Below are positions 25,775-62,578 of a DNA stretch of 64,000 nt, in pieces. Under the pieces are notes generated by a model. The model was not told where the DNA came from. It worked only from the letters and a program-made list of their open reading frames with translations, and made no database searches. This stretch comes from Amoebidium appalachense (taxonomy: Eukaryota > Protista > Ichthyosporea): the NCBI GenBank assembly GCA_963693365.1, contig CAVNZM010000001.1, forward strand, positions 16,673,840 through 16,737,839, read 5' to 3'. The first letter of the stretch is position 1. Each line of letters starts with the position of its first letter. The position numbers and the translations under genes are program-made.

Positions 25775-27923
25775 GGGGAGGGGGTTGTGCATGGCTGCTC
25801 TCGCGCGTGTGCGTGCACACGCACAAACCTTAAGGGGCACTTCAAGCGTGAAATGAAATGAGGATGTGGAGGATCAAAGGTTCTGTGTATTCAGAAGAAC
25901 TGGGCATCTTGAATTCGAAAATAAAAGTTGCAAGTAAATTATTCTGTCACTGTAAAGTGTAGAACTTTACTTACTTGGGTGCTAGGGTGTCCACGTGCTG
26001 GATGCTGGGAGGGTCAAGCAGGCAAGCAACAATGCTGCCCCTGGGCGACCCAACAACGGAAGTGGAGGGAGTAGGGACGTTGACAAAGTCAGAGAAGGAG
26101 AAACCGTTGCAATTGTCCCCAGGGAAAATATCGTTAAGGACGTAGAAATCCTCGGGGAAAATGTCGTCATCTGAGAGGTTTTCCAGAGAGGAAACATCCA
26201 CGAGACCGTGGTTGGTTGCGAATGTGTTGGGTGGGTGGGCATTTGCTACGTGTGTGGTGGTGAAAGTTGCCTCGGTGTGGTGTGGTGTTGCGTGGTGAGT
26301 GTTTGTGTATGCAGGTGGGTAGTCGAGGAGTGGCGTAGGAACAGAGTACGCCCATTTTTCCAACTCGTCCACGTATGCCCCGGAGTTCAACCCATGGGGC
26401 ACAATCTCTGACAAGCTTGACACCGAAAATTCGCTATGCCATGGGTGGGTGTGGTGTGGGAGGAAGGTGAAGTCAATTTGTGTGTCGGGCTGTAGATGCA
26501 CCACCAAATATTCCTCGGCAATGGTGTGGTGTCCAGGAATAAACATGAACGTAGTGTCGTGGGAGAACGGATTTTCCGAGGTGTAGGTTACCGAGTAATG
26601 CTCGTTGGTGCAAGTGGTCTGCGGGTGACGTGTGCTGGTTTCCTTGCGGTAGTTTGAAGGGGGAATTTCGGGCAGGGATATAGGGCTTGCAGGCCGGCCT
26701 ACACTCGTGTCGCACCCAGCACCCGAGTCTGCATACGCGCTTGTGTTGTAACCAACGAAAATTCTCTTCCCTTCGTTTGTGTCGCTCACATCATCCTTTT
26801 CAAAGGACCGGTTGCTGATACGACTACACCCACTGGGAGGGTCGTTAAGTTGAGCCGTCTGGAAGAACTTGGATGCTGGGTGGTGCTTGAAACCAGGGTA
26901 CGTGTGTGGGGTGTGCTTTTTCGTGTCGTTGTTAGCCGATATCTCCCCGTTTGAGTACCCACAAGAGGAGCCCGAAAAAAAAGTGTCGTCGGGAGGACAA
27001 GTTGCACGACCGTCGTTGTGGTTTGATTCTGCGGGTTCGATGATTTGCTTCGTTTGGTGAATGTTTGCCTGTGTAGTGTTCTGGTGTTGGTTCATGATAT
27101 CGGAGAGAGGAAAGCCCGGTTTACGCGTGTTTTCGTTGAGTTGCGGTCTGCAGATGTTTATGGTGGGTGCCCGTTGAACAAAGCCCTGCCTCGTTGGATA
27201 AGGGCAGTTTTCGTTGTTTTGGTTTTTCGTTTTGTAATGGTCGTTTGTGCTCGTGTGGTAGTTTTCTGAATCCACGTTTACCCGTCCGTGATGTTGGTGT
27301 TGCTTGTACGCCAGTTTGGTGGCTTTTACAGCTGATGATGAGTGGGGACGCTCGTTAGAAACGGTGGGGATGCATCGGACAGAAGAAGCACGGTCCTGTG
27401 TCGTGTGTATGTTGTTGTGTGCACGAGGGGAAGAAGGGACAAACGTGTGAGCCAAGTCGGAGGGAAAGGAAGAGCGTGCTTCTTCCGTGGCTTGCTCACT
27501 AGGTAGTCCAGAAGAAGGGCAGATTGTGGTGGTTTGTGCTTGAATTTCCGGGTACCCTGTGTTTTTGTCGCTGCTGTCGAGCGAATAGTGCAGTCTTTCG
27601 CTGTTGTTCCATCCTGTTGTTTCCGAGGCAAAGGGCCGAGAAGATGTCTCGGAAATTTCGTTTGTGGGATGTACGGTGTGTCGTGTTTTTGTGCCCAACG
27701 AGTGCTCTCTGGCTATTTCTGGAACCAGAACAGAAGCAGTGGTGTCTGTGCAAGTTTTTTCCTGTGTGTGCGAGATGGTGCGGGTGCTAAGGTCGAGCAG
27801 AGCCTGTGCTGCAAACGCCTGCAGAGGGGAAGGTGTATTTGTGCCTGTGCTTGCAAGGGCTGGCAACGGGAGCGAGGCTTCTCCCAGGGAAGAGAACTCG
27901 GTATCCGGCATAATAGAGGACAT
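22491..27923 (-). CDS. bZIP transcription factor with a long disordered N-terminus (multi-exon)
   Basis: Basic region ERNRIACKLYRARKK (N-x7-R) in an exon ending at 23371 (AAG|GTGTGC) splices in phase 0 to 22622-22491 (IDDLSTKLRHQTVVARRLTTQNMALRKLI...*), completing the leucine heptads. Upstream coding blocks at about 25060-24703 and 27923-25975 (donor AA|GTAAGT); internal exon connections are not fully resolved. Confidence 0.7.
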
Positions 27924-28239
27924 TTTGAAGAGAAATTAGAGGCATGGGTTGTGAAGCAAAGTAAATGTGTGCTTTTGGGAATGGTAGAAAACAACATGAG
28001 GACGAAGGGATGATGAAGGGAAGGAGGGCAAAACTGGGTGTGGCAGGTGTGTTGTGTTGTACAGTAATAGACTCGATTCTAAATGAAATTCAACTAAGGG
28101 AAGAAAAGGTAAACAGAGAAAATGTAAATATGAGCAATAATATTCATACTAGACATGGTGTAAGTATGTGTCGACTGAGAGGGTGGCGTATGATGCATGC
28201 GCCTTGTCTCTTGAGGAGCCGCTCTTGAGGTGCATTGCG

Positions 28240-28480
28240 AAATCTAAAAGCGCGCCAAATTTTTTTGAGTGCGCTATCAGCCAATAGGAGTACAAAGTGT
28301 TTTAGCCAATCAAATAGCTGCTTACACATTCCTCGTGGGTTAATATTAGTTACTCTAACTCTTGTCTAACTCTTGTCACTATGTAGGAAAAGCCTTAGTT
28401 TTATGATTCGATATTATGACATTCGACTCACGCACGCAGATTCACTGATTGGTGAGCCACAACAAAGAGATTGGCCAATA
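28240..28480. promoter_or_regulatory. Candidate bidirectional promoter with clustered CCAAT boxes
   Basis: CCAAT/ATTGG at about 28281, 28307, 28448 and 28470-28478, between the divergent starts at 27923 (-) and 28758 (+). Confidence 0.5.
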
Positions 28481-28757
28481 GGGGCCGTCCATGTTTTTAC
28501 GTGGTATGCTGTGTGGTATGTACCATGTCGACATCAGTGCGCGCGTCGCTTCCTCAGGCCTGGCCCGGCCGGTTAGTTCTGGTAGTGTCACAAGCCTTAC
28601 CTTTGCTCGTTTCAATTCCAACCATAGTTCATGCCATAACGTAGCAACATTCAGTAGTTCAGAAAAATAAGCGTGTCCAAGGTCACCTGCGTCCCCCACG
28701 GTCAAGTTATCCTCCCATTTTTCCCATCACGGCTTCAAGAAGTGACTGCCTGCCAAC

Positions 28758-37178
<8,421 letters not shown>

Positions 37179-37535
37179 GATCTGTGTGTACGTGTACAGG
37201 TGATGTTGTAAAATTTAATCTAGAATTTAAATAATGGCGAATGGTCTGGGGGGGTGTCTTCATGCAGTGGATGGCACGACTCTGTTTCTGCCTTCGTTTT
37301 GTAAAATATATGGTTTTGTTACAGTTAAGACACGTGTGTTCTGTTGGTTATTCTCCTAGCAATTATCTACGCAAAAGTCATGTATGCTGCAGCCATCAAC
37401 CACGTGCAACCAACCCCCCCCCCCCCCCCACCCTTTATCCCCGTGATTCGCTCCTCACCTCCCCTTTCCACCACCGCACAGAGACACACACACACTGGGG
37501 ACACCCACTACAAACACCCACACACCCACACACCT

Positions 37536-37603
<68 letters not shown>

Positions 37604-37632
37604 GCGCACGCGCGCGCACACACACACGCACA

Positions 37633-37690
<58 letters not shown>

Positions 37691-39044
37691 GCCCCTTCTC
37701 CCCCCCCCCTCCCCTCCCCCCCCCCCCCATCCCCAGCCCCCCTCCCCACACACATGTATGCGCTCACACACACACACACACACACACTAACACCATCGCC
37801 ACCACCAGCACCACACAAGAAGCCCGTGCAGTACATGTGCTAGAAACACCTCCGCTGTCTGGCAACCATTTTAGCCAAGTGCTGTTTTTACTTAGAATGT
37901 TGGAAAGTGTAGGTCCTCGGGCAGTGTTTGCACGTCAGTATGCATTTTTTTTTCTTTTCCGGTTGTCCGTTTATATTGGGGTTAATTAGCTGGAGTCGGC
38001 ATGTAAGCGTATAGGCTGAGCCCCTAATTCCTTCATGACGCAATGGCCTTATATCGATTAGCGTAGGTGCTAGTGTATGAGTATGCGGCTCATAGGTTAT
38101 TGATGATGTTGGCATTCGAAAATACAATTATCGTATATACATGTGTTGAATCTTTGTAGTAATTAATATTCCACTTGAGACTATATATGCATGCTGATTA
38201 GAACCACTGATGCAATTATTATAAGCTAATAGAAAAGTAGGAATTTTCACTGATCATCAAGAGTCACGAACCCCTGTACAGGCCAAAACTTTCCCAAGCG
38301 TCCATGTTGTAGTCAGAGTTGTCCCCCCCCCTCCCCCCCCCCCCCCCCCCCCCCCCCCCCGGCCCACCCCCCACCCCCCTCTCCCCTCCCTCTCCCTGGG
38401 GAGGGGTGCCGGCTCCCGGGCCAGGCTGGCACCCAGGATTATAGGCGGTCATGCACTGCTCTTATGTTTGGTTGCAATCAAGACGGGTCGCATTCTTTGG
38501 TCAGACAACATATATTGTCGCCACAGCTGCAAGGCCAGTACAGCTCATACGGACATAGTCTCTGATAGTTGTATCATGCACGTAGAGATCACATATGAAG
38601 GGCACTCTGTGCGACGAGTGGGACGATCTGAGCTTTCAAAGGTTCATTATAAGGGGCCTTAGGTTCATTCATGGATTAGTCTGTTTGTGTGACCCATCGT
38701 GTGCCCAAAACGGTGTCTGTTGATACACATCAAATACGGCCAAGACAGACAGTTGAGAAAAAAACGCAAAAAAGAAGGAACGTGAACGGTGGGACGAACA
38801 CAATTATGTTGAAAGGTGGAGGGAACGGAGTGGCAAGCTGGGAAACCCTACTGCTGTGCAGCAATACACTTGAACCAACGGCCTCATAGGTGATAAAACA
38901 TACAACAATCCTTCATGTCATTAACAATGTTTCTACACGTATCAATTTCAAGTGTGCTAACACGGCTTCACATACCGCCACTAACGACAACACTAGAACA
39001 TTAGCAACATATAATTTCATACAAAGAACACCAACCCATATCCC

Positions 39045-43405
<4,361 letters not shown>

Positions 43406-45879
43406 TTTGAGGTTGTGTCTTTTCCTTCAGCAAAACGGGAACTGAGGTTATGTAATACACCCGTTTACTACAACGTTCAACCACCCAAAGCCTCGAGCTC
43501 ACTCCGCAGCGAATCCCCTCAAAGCTCCCCGTTGATGCTCACACAACGGTATTTAGCCTTTATCCTTTCCCTCTTTCACTACCACAACTATCGCTCTGTC
43601 CTACCAAACTCACTTTCCTCTTAGTGGGTCTTTCGTCTCTTTTGTACGTCGTACACTGAGAGAGCCGGAACTCGGAACTTCGGAAGGCTTCAACGCAAGC
43701 GGCGGCCCCGGGCGACAATGCATGGTGGATACCGTCACAGCCAATCAGATATAGAGATGATTTAGAAGCATGATCAAGAACTAATCGTATGAGTTTGAGA
43801 TTTGTCTCAGTGAGTCAGCGACTCAGCAGGATCACCGGAGTATGTTGACGACGTCGTTTGTCCAAGAGAGCACACTCATTCGTTTCGGTTTGCGATGAAA
43901 ATATAGAAATTTTGTAGATTATAATTTCTTAAGGGCTTTACAGCTTCTAATATAAGCTCTCCTACACTTACATAACCTACTTACGATTGCGAGATAGCGG
44001 CATCACTGAGACCCTCCCACAAACCAATCATATGAGCCTATCTACAAATGCCAATTAGTCGTTAATACCGTTTATAATTGGTTGCAGACATTGAGCAAAG
44101 CTGATTGGGTTACACTGACTATTTTACAGTATTTTACATACCATATATGGTTCGTGTGGTTACCATAGTGGATCACGGTGGGCACCGTGAAACAGGTGTG
44201 AGAGTTGGTGCAGTTTGTGACTTTCAGGACAGTGAATGTTGAAGGCATGCTCACAGAAAAACTGCCTTTTTTGTCCTGTTTTCAGGTACACCATCCAGCA
44301 GGCACGGACTTAGCTGCAGCTGCGTGCACGTGCCGAGGTATTCTTGTGGGTTTTATGACCTCTTTAAATTTCTCTTTCTAGATAGATCTCTTTATCATTT
44401 CTTATTAGTGTGCCTGTGTTCTAGAATTCGAAGTGACGGAAGATGTTGGTAGAGACTCGTTATGTTGACAAGTACTGCTGGGCACGAGCTGCAGTCAACC
44501 ATGCAACGTTCCCATGAAGTTGGTCTTTCGCGCCATGCACTGCAGCAGGAGTGTCAAACAGAGCCGCAGAATGTAAAGTTCTAGTACTAGTTGTACGGAG
44601 CGCTAAACATTGCATCATTATAGGCTCAATAATTTTCGGGCCGTTTTAACGTGAAAGCTGGAAGGGCTAAAGAGGCGAAACAGATCATGATGGAGGGATG
44701 GAGGGGAGCTTCTTACTACTGTATTGGAAGGTGCACATATAGAGATATAGCGGAGCTCTTATTAGCAGGCTAGCAGCCTGCCCATGGCTCCAGAGAGAAG
44801 CCATAAGAGCTCACTTTTACAACATGGTATGAGAAAAAGTGACTGCTTTGTTAGATTTAGATTGTCCCCGGACCCAGAAAGGTATCTGGACGGTGTACTC
44901 ACTAACATAGGTTCGCAACACTGATGGGTGATGAGGCGCAATGAGACGCCCATATGCATCATGATGTTTTAGGAAAGCTCGTGATCAGTGCAGTAACAAT
45001 TGAGTAGCGGGAGTGGGAAGGAAAAAGTGGGACATGCACGGGAGTCCGGCAGTGCTTCGATGGGGTTCGTGTTGTTGACTACGCATGCCGCCTAGCTACA
45101 GCTGAATCAGTCTAATTATAATATCCCAAAACAGTTGCTGCACCTTGGACCTCATTCTCGTGCACCTGTTGGTGGAATGCCGAGCCGCTGTGATGAGCAT
45201 AGTAGATGGAGCGAAGTGTTATCCATATGCTTGCATGGCCACGGGCCGTACATGGTGGTACAACATCAGCCCTGGGGCCATTATATGCACGCGCATCTTC
45301 GGGGCTAGACTAGAGTTACTCTAGATCTGGCTGTTCTTTCGGTCTCCCGACCTCGAGACGCCAAGCTTAAGATTCCCCCCACATCAATTCTATTAATTCT
45401 ATTCAAGGAAAGATTTTTTTGGGTGCCACTTGTGGGCTTCAGCACATGGCCAGTTAGTTTCTCAGACAGCTGGTGACAGGCAGCCGGTGCAGGTCAGCAA
45501 GGCACTTCATCGTGGCCTCATGAGGCTCAAGGCTTCAAGCGATCAACTTGGTGAGTTAGAGATCTCTGTATTATCAGGAAACCAATCAGACTTGATGTAA
45601 ACAGATCTTTACATCAGATTGATTGAGAATAAAAATGGCTCATCCAATCATCTAGTTGCTTGGTGGGCCATTGAAGATATACAAAGAGCCTTTCGCACTC
45701 GGAAGGATCACATCATCACAGTCACACGCAGAACACCAGAGCAACGTGCAGTGCGGAAACAGAGAGAAATCAACCCCAAACCACTGCAATCTACAGCAGC
45801 ATCACTGTTTTTAGCAAAAGAGTTCTTCCATTTATTTCTATACATCTCACCATACGCGCCGCGCAAATACTACCCAAAG

Positions 45880-46622
45880 ATGACCACCAGATCCTCCCTC
45901 CTTGCAGCCACTTGCATGTACGCTACCACCCTCATGTGCCTCCCCACCTTTGCAATAGGAGTACCATCAACACCTGCACCAGCTGTTGCATCACCAAATT
46001 CACGTTTTCTGGTCCTTTCGGACTTTCACCTTGACCCATATTACGGCAGGCATGGTGCTCGCCATCCCTGCACAGACTCAAACAGCCCAAAATTTGGCGC
46101 GTTTTCATGCGATGCACCCATGTCTCTGGTGGATTTTACGCTACAGTCGGCAGCAGCTGTAATACCTAACCCGGATTTTATTATTGTGTTGGGTGACTAT
46201 GTGAGACACAACATGCAGACTACTGCGGACGGCAAGAGTGTTGTGGAGGTCATTCGCTCTATCACGTTGGCTATTGAGAAATATTTTCCGAAGGTGAGTG
46301 AGTGAGCTCGTTATGGACATTGACACTGATGTGATATCATATCGGATTGCTCTCATAACGGCTTCGTGGAAGTATGTAGTAGGGCATAGTGGCCGGAGTA
46401 TAGGATGATTAGATCTTTCTTCCGTGCTCTACAGTAGGGCATAGTGGCCGGAGTATAGGATGATTAAATCTTTCTTCCGTGCTCTACACTTATTTTGTTT
46501 TTAATCCTTCTTTCCTTTTTTTTTTTTTTTTTTCTTTCTTTGCCGGGGAGTTAGGGCCCGGGGGAGGGGCGGGGGGGATGTGGGTAGGGAGAAGGGGGGG
46601 GGCGAGGGGGGGGGGGGGGGGG

Positions 46623-46690
<68 letters not shown>

Positions 46691-47169
46691 GGAGGGCCAC
46701 ATGTTCAGAAGATGCGCTCATGCATTGATCTCATATGAAACACCCTTACCAGTCCTAGGGTACTCTAGCCAATGTGCAGTTGAGGTCGGTAATACCAGGG
46801 AGTAGTTTAATTCCTTAGGAATATTACGGGCCGGGTTAATGAAGAAGATACTGACTTTATACACAAACTATTTGCAGGCCAAACAGCTTCACGGGCTCGA
46901 AAACATTCTCGGCAACAACGATTTTGTTGGTGACTATGAGTTTGCTGTGGATCCACGGCCCGCACATGACACGGTGTATGACTGGACGGACAGGCTGGCT
47001 AGGCAGACATGGGCTGAGTATTTGTCTGACGACCAGAAAACGTAAGTGGCTAATAGGATCGTGTGGTGCATTGAAAGTATTATATCCGTAGCTAAATTTA
47101 GTTAATAAAAACTCTGCTTCTCAGGGCTAAGTTGTTTTCTTTGTTGTTTTCAAGTCCCGACCTTTGTCG

Positions 47170-47265
<96 letters not shown>

Positions 47266-48027
47266 TGTACGTGTGGGTGGGTGGATGGGTGTGTGGTTGC
47301 TTGCGTGCGCACCTGTAGGGGCAGGAGAAGGGAAGCCCCCCGCTCCAGAATCTGAATCTGGGATCCAAATATCCCCCCCCCCCCCACCACCACCACCACC
47401 ACCACCACCACCACCACCACCACCACCACCACCCACCCCCCCACCCCCGCTCCTTTTTTTTTTTTTTTTTTTTTTTTTAGCACCAACTTGCCTTACAGCA
47501 CACAGTAGATCTAATCATTCACATATCCCTCACAGGCAATTCAGTCACGGTGGCTTCTATACGATGCAACCGGTCCCCGGCCTAAGTCTACTCTCGATTA
47601 ACACCATCCCCTACTCCAACCAACACACTCCAAAATCGAGTAATCTCGACGATCCAATGGGCCAATTTGATTGGATGGCAAAAACACTTGCGCAAATTAG
47701 GACGGCTGGTGGAAAAGTGTATATCCTCGGTCATATCCCGCCCGTGGTAGATAGTCACGGCCACAAGCCCCTTTGGGAGTCGAAATATGTCGAGAAATAT
47801 CTGGCCCTTGTGGATAGTTTTGTGGACGTGATTGCCGGGCAGATGTTTGGGCACACCCACACGGATGAGTTCCGCACCTTTGATCTGAGTGAGTTCCCAG
47901 CCCCAGTGTTTGTTTTGTATCTCGGTGGCAATGTTGCACTATACGTTTATTTGGCCTTTTCACGTTGTCTTACGTGTACCTTTCGTTGACATCCCCCCCC
48001 CCCTTCCCTTTCTCCCCGTGCTTACCC

Positions 48028-48081
<54 letters not shown>

Positions 48082-48084
48082 GTC

Positions 48085-48125
<41 letters not shown>

Positions 48126-49102
48126 CCCTTTTCATTTTTAAGCCTCGCCCACCCATGGTGTTAAATGCACACACAGATAAAGACCCCACGCACACAACAC
48201 GAGATGTGTCCTGTAGCACTGCATGGCGCAGCTTGACATGGTACCAAAAACCACAGATACACATTACCGACTCAGGCGTAGCGGAGTACTGCGGTATTGC
48301 CTCCACCCCCTACCCCCTACCCCCCCCCCCTCCCCCCCACCCCCCCTACCCCCCCCCCCCCCCTAACACACACACACACACACACACATTGTTTTTCATA
48401 AAAGTGAGCCTCTGAGTTGGAAAAGTTCCTCCCTTTTCAGCCCCGCCGGCACTGAAGATCTTGCTTCCCGAGCTAGCAAGCTAGTGTTCCGTGTTTGCCC
48501 AGATCTTAGTCGCATTGCGCACATGGCTAATCCGCTATGTGTCAACAGATCGCCCGGCAGGGAAACTGGTAACACCGCTTCTTTTGACCAGCTCTATATC
48601 CCCCGTCTACAACAACAACCCATCATTCCGAATTGTAAATTACGATTCTACCACCAAGACCCCCACCGACTTCAGCGTTTATGTGCTGGACATAATCGCC
48701 AAAAACAAAAACCCCACCACCACAAAATTCACGCTACAATACACAGCAGGCGAACTATATGGTATGCAGTCGCACAGCAACCAGAATTACAACCAGTTAG
48801 CACACAACTTTTTGAGCAACAACACCCAATGGGATCGCTTCTATCAGACGGCATACCGCAGCGGTGTTTCCCAGCCAGAATGTTCGGGAAAGTGCCGGTG
48901 GGATCAGGTGTGTGCCATGACCAATATTCGCATTGGTGACTATAACACCTGCTCGACCCAATATTCCCCCAGCCCCGTTCCATCACCCACACCAGACCCG
49001 CATTCTGCCTCAGCCCCTATGGCCAATCAGAAAGAGGGTCAGTTGTCAACACTTATGGTTGCCACGTTGGCTATGCTATTTGTAGAGGGACTGCTTGTAT
49101 AG
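45880..49102 (+). CDS. Acid sphingomyelinase-like metallophosphodiesterase (SMPDL3-like), secreted and probably GPI-anchored, 4 exons
   Basis: Exons 45880-46293, 46878-47041, 47536-47888 and 48549-49102 are in frame. Calcineurin-like motifs SDFHLD, LGDYVRH, LGNND, GHIPP, FGHTHTDEF and SISPVYNNNPSFR; N-terminal signal-like segment and hydrophobic C-terminus. Confidence 0.92.
46378..46487. repeat. 55-bp tandem duplication in an intron
   Basis: agtagggcatagtggccggagtataggatgatta(g/a)atctttcttccgtgctctac at 46378 and 46433. Confidence 0.93.
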
Positions 49103-49753
49103 ATAGTCACGTGTGCATACATAGTATAATGTGGCTGGGCCTGATGATATTAATTAATACCCTGTTTTTCTCGTTCGGTTGCCCTGGTGTATCCACCCTT
49201 AGTATTCGTCGCCAGGAAAAATATGATTGTAAATTTATTAAGCAAACCGTGATGACTAATAATCATTACACTGCTGAACTGCTGAAAATTGGCCGGGATG
49301 CTAGAAAGAAATTTGCCATAATATGGTACTAACGAAAAGCATCTGGATGATGAACATACAAGTACTACTTATATATGACCATATTGGTACTATTCGTCTG
49401 GCAGGCTTTCTTCGAAGGCCTTACATCAATCATACATGTGTACTGGAAACACTGCAGCTGTTACTGGATCAAAGCTGGGTAGATGCTGTGCATCCCAGAC
49501 TGCAGCTATAAATAAGCGATCCACCAGAAGCTTCCAGTCGCAACTGCTAGTAGCAGGACCCAAAATAAACCCGAATGATACAACCGCAAAGTTTCTCCAC
49601 AGAACCCCCCCGGATGCCCCCCCCTCCCCCCTCCCTTCCCCTCCGGGCCCTTCCCCCTCCCCTCTTCCCCAATGGCATCACATGGTACCCCTGCTGGAGG
49701 TGTGCAAGCCCATCTGAGAAACATCACCTGATAACTTCATTCGATGTTATTAT

Positions 49754-49796
<43 letters not shown>

Positions 49797-50008
49797 CCCC
49801 CCCCCCCCCCCCCCCCCCCACCCACCCACCCACCACCACCACCACCACCACTTTGCAGCCTTTGCGACTCAGTGTGCACGAGCACAGGAAAACTGTCCAA
49901 TTCGTGGTTTACAAAACAGTTGCTGACAACGCTTACTTCAGCAGCTGATACTGCTTTATAGCAAGTCCCCCCCCTCACCCTCCCCCTCCCGGCCTTCCCA
50001 GCCCGTTC

Positions 50009-50045
<37 letters not shown>

Positions 50046-50515
50046 ACAACAACCACATGCATGTGTGCACAGTCTCACATCGCGCACATTCTTATCATTG
50101 GTTGAATGGTATGGTCATGAATGGATCATTTTATTTTACATAAGTGGGAGGCCCACGGACGGTCGGCGTCTAATTAGGCATAGGCCCGGGGGGAAAATTT
50201 AACTGTTAACTTGAACTTGAGCGGTGAAATACTTTGCCGTGGATGGCTAAGGTGGTGGTATTGGTCTAGTGCACATGGTGTCTGCTCCGGGGGAAAGGGG
50301 GGAGGGAGGACGGGGGGAAGAGCTTAAGTGACAAAGAGAGGACAGCTCAGAGCTCGGCGGAGATCAGTGGGGGAAGTGTGTGTGAGTACGTGTGTGTGTG
50401 GGGGGGGAGGGGGCATATAACTGTGATCTTTGCATTCCTTGCAGTGTTCTGTGTGGTTGCAATAACTAACTATTCCCCCCCCCCCCCCCCCCCCCCCCCC
50501 TTTTTTTTCCCGGCC

Positions 50516-50553
<38 letters not shown>

Positions 50554-50586
50554 CCCCCCCCCCCCCAGGCCTTCCTTCCACCACGC

Positions 50587-50896
50587 GTGGCCGGCAGCCG
50601 CACTCGACGTCCCTCCGTGTACAGTATCTTCCCCAGTCATTTTAGAGATGTGTGTCCATGCGTTTTTGTGTGCCATGTTCAAGGGAACATTAGCATGGAT
50701 GTTTGACCAGGGCCTTGTCAACTAAGAATACCGGATGCGGCGTGGTGGCCGGCAGCCGCACTCGATGTCCCTCCGTGTACAGTAGCTTCCCCAGTCATTT
50801 TAGAGATGCGTGTCCATGCGTTTTTGTGTGCCATGTTCAAGGGAACGTTAGCATGGATGTTTGACCAGGGCCTTGTCAACTAAGAATATCGGATGC
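50587..50896. repeat. 158-bp-period tandem duplication
   Basis: gtggccggcagccgcactcga...gtcaactaagaata(c/t)cggatgc at 50587-50738 and 50745-50896, differing at a few positions. Confidence 0.93.
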
Positions 50897-51701
50897 TCAT
50901 GGCCATACGTGATGGTGGTGGAGCAGTGGTGGTTGTGGTTTGGGGAGGGGGGGGGGGGGGGGGGAGGAGGATCAGAAAACAGAACGAGATCTATCACACG
51001 TACGGATGGATGGGTGCACGATGCTGCTCGAGGGGGTGTCGGGGACACGATAGCCATCATTTCGGTCGTGAGGTTTTCAGTGATTACAGACTTGCTGAGA
51101 GGTGCAAAAGGGATTTCCCTGTGGTCCATAATCATGCCTGACATAAGGGAGGGGTGGGTGTGTGCGCCAGGGGGGAGGGGAGGGGAGGGGAGGGGGGGGA
51201 AGGGGAAGGAAACACGTCTGACAAGTTCGATTCCCCGAACTTTATTGCAATCCTGTTGCAATGGCTGTCATAGCCCGTGACAGCCTGCCGATTTCTCCTT
51301 TTTTTGGGTTATACATTGTTTTTTATTTTTCAATCAACATGTTGGCGTAAGGCAAAAGCGCTTGTTTTTTTTTCTACGACTGTGCAGATGTGTGTGCTGT
51401 GTTTTGTTGTGTACGTGTGCAAATGAACCGGGAAAAAAGTGCAAGAAAATGGTGCTAAACCTAAGCCCACTCCCTCCCAGACACTGCAAAACAGAATGGG
51501 TCTTGCTCACCCAATTTGAAGAAGCCCCAGGCCTGTTCTAACAAGGAGGTACACGGGTTTGGTGCAAGCTGCATACGACACGAAAACGGACTCGAGCAGT
51601 GCTTCATTGTGAGTACTTGCGTGTTCCAATCATCATCTCCCCCCCCCCCCCCCCCCCCCCAACCCCCCTCTACATCACATGCCCTGTTCTAAGTCGAAGA
51701 T

Positions 51702-62578
<10,877 letters not shown>

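Noticed and set aside
45305-45372. Cluster of restriction sites (TCTAGA, AGATCT, GGTCTC, CTCGAG, AAGCTT, CTTAAG) suggesting vector contamination
   Set aside because: No recognisable vector backbone flanks it and the order does not match a polylinker I know; probably chance.
45619-45879. N-terminal extension of the SMPDL3-like ORF in the ORF track
   Set aside because: It starts at a non-ATG codon; the ATG at 45880 directly precedes a signal-peptide-like segment and is the more plausible start.
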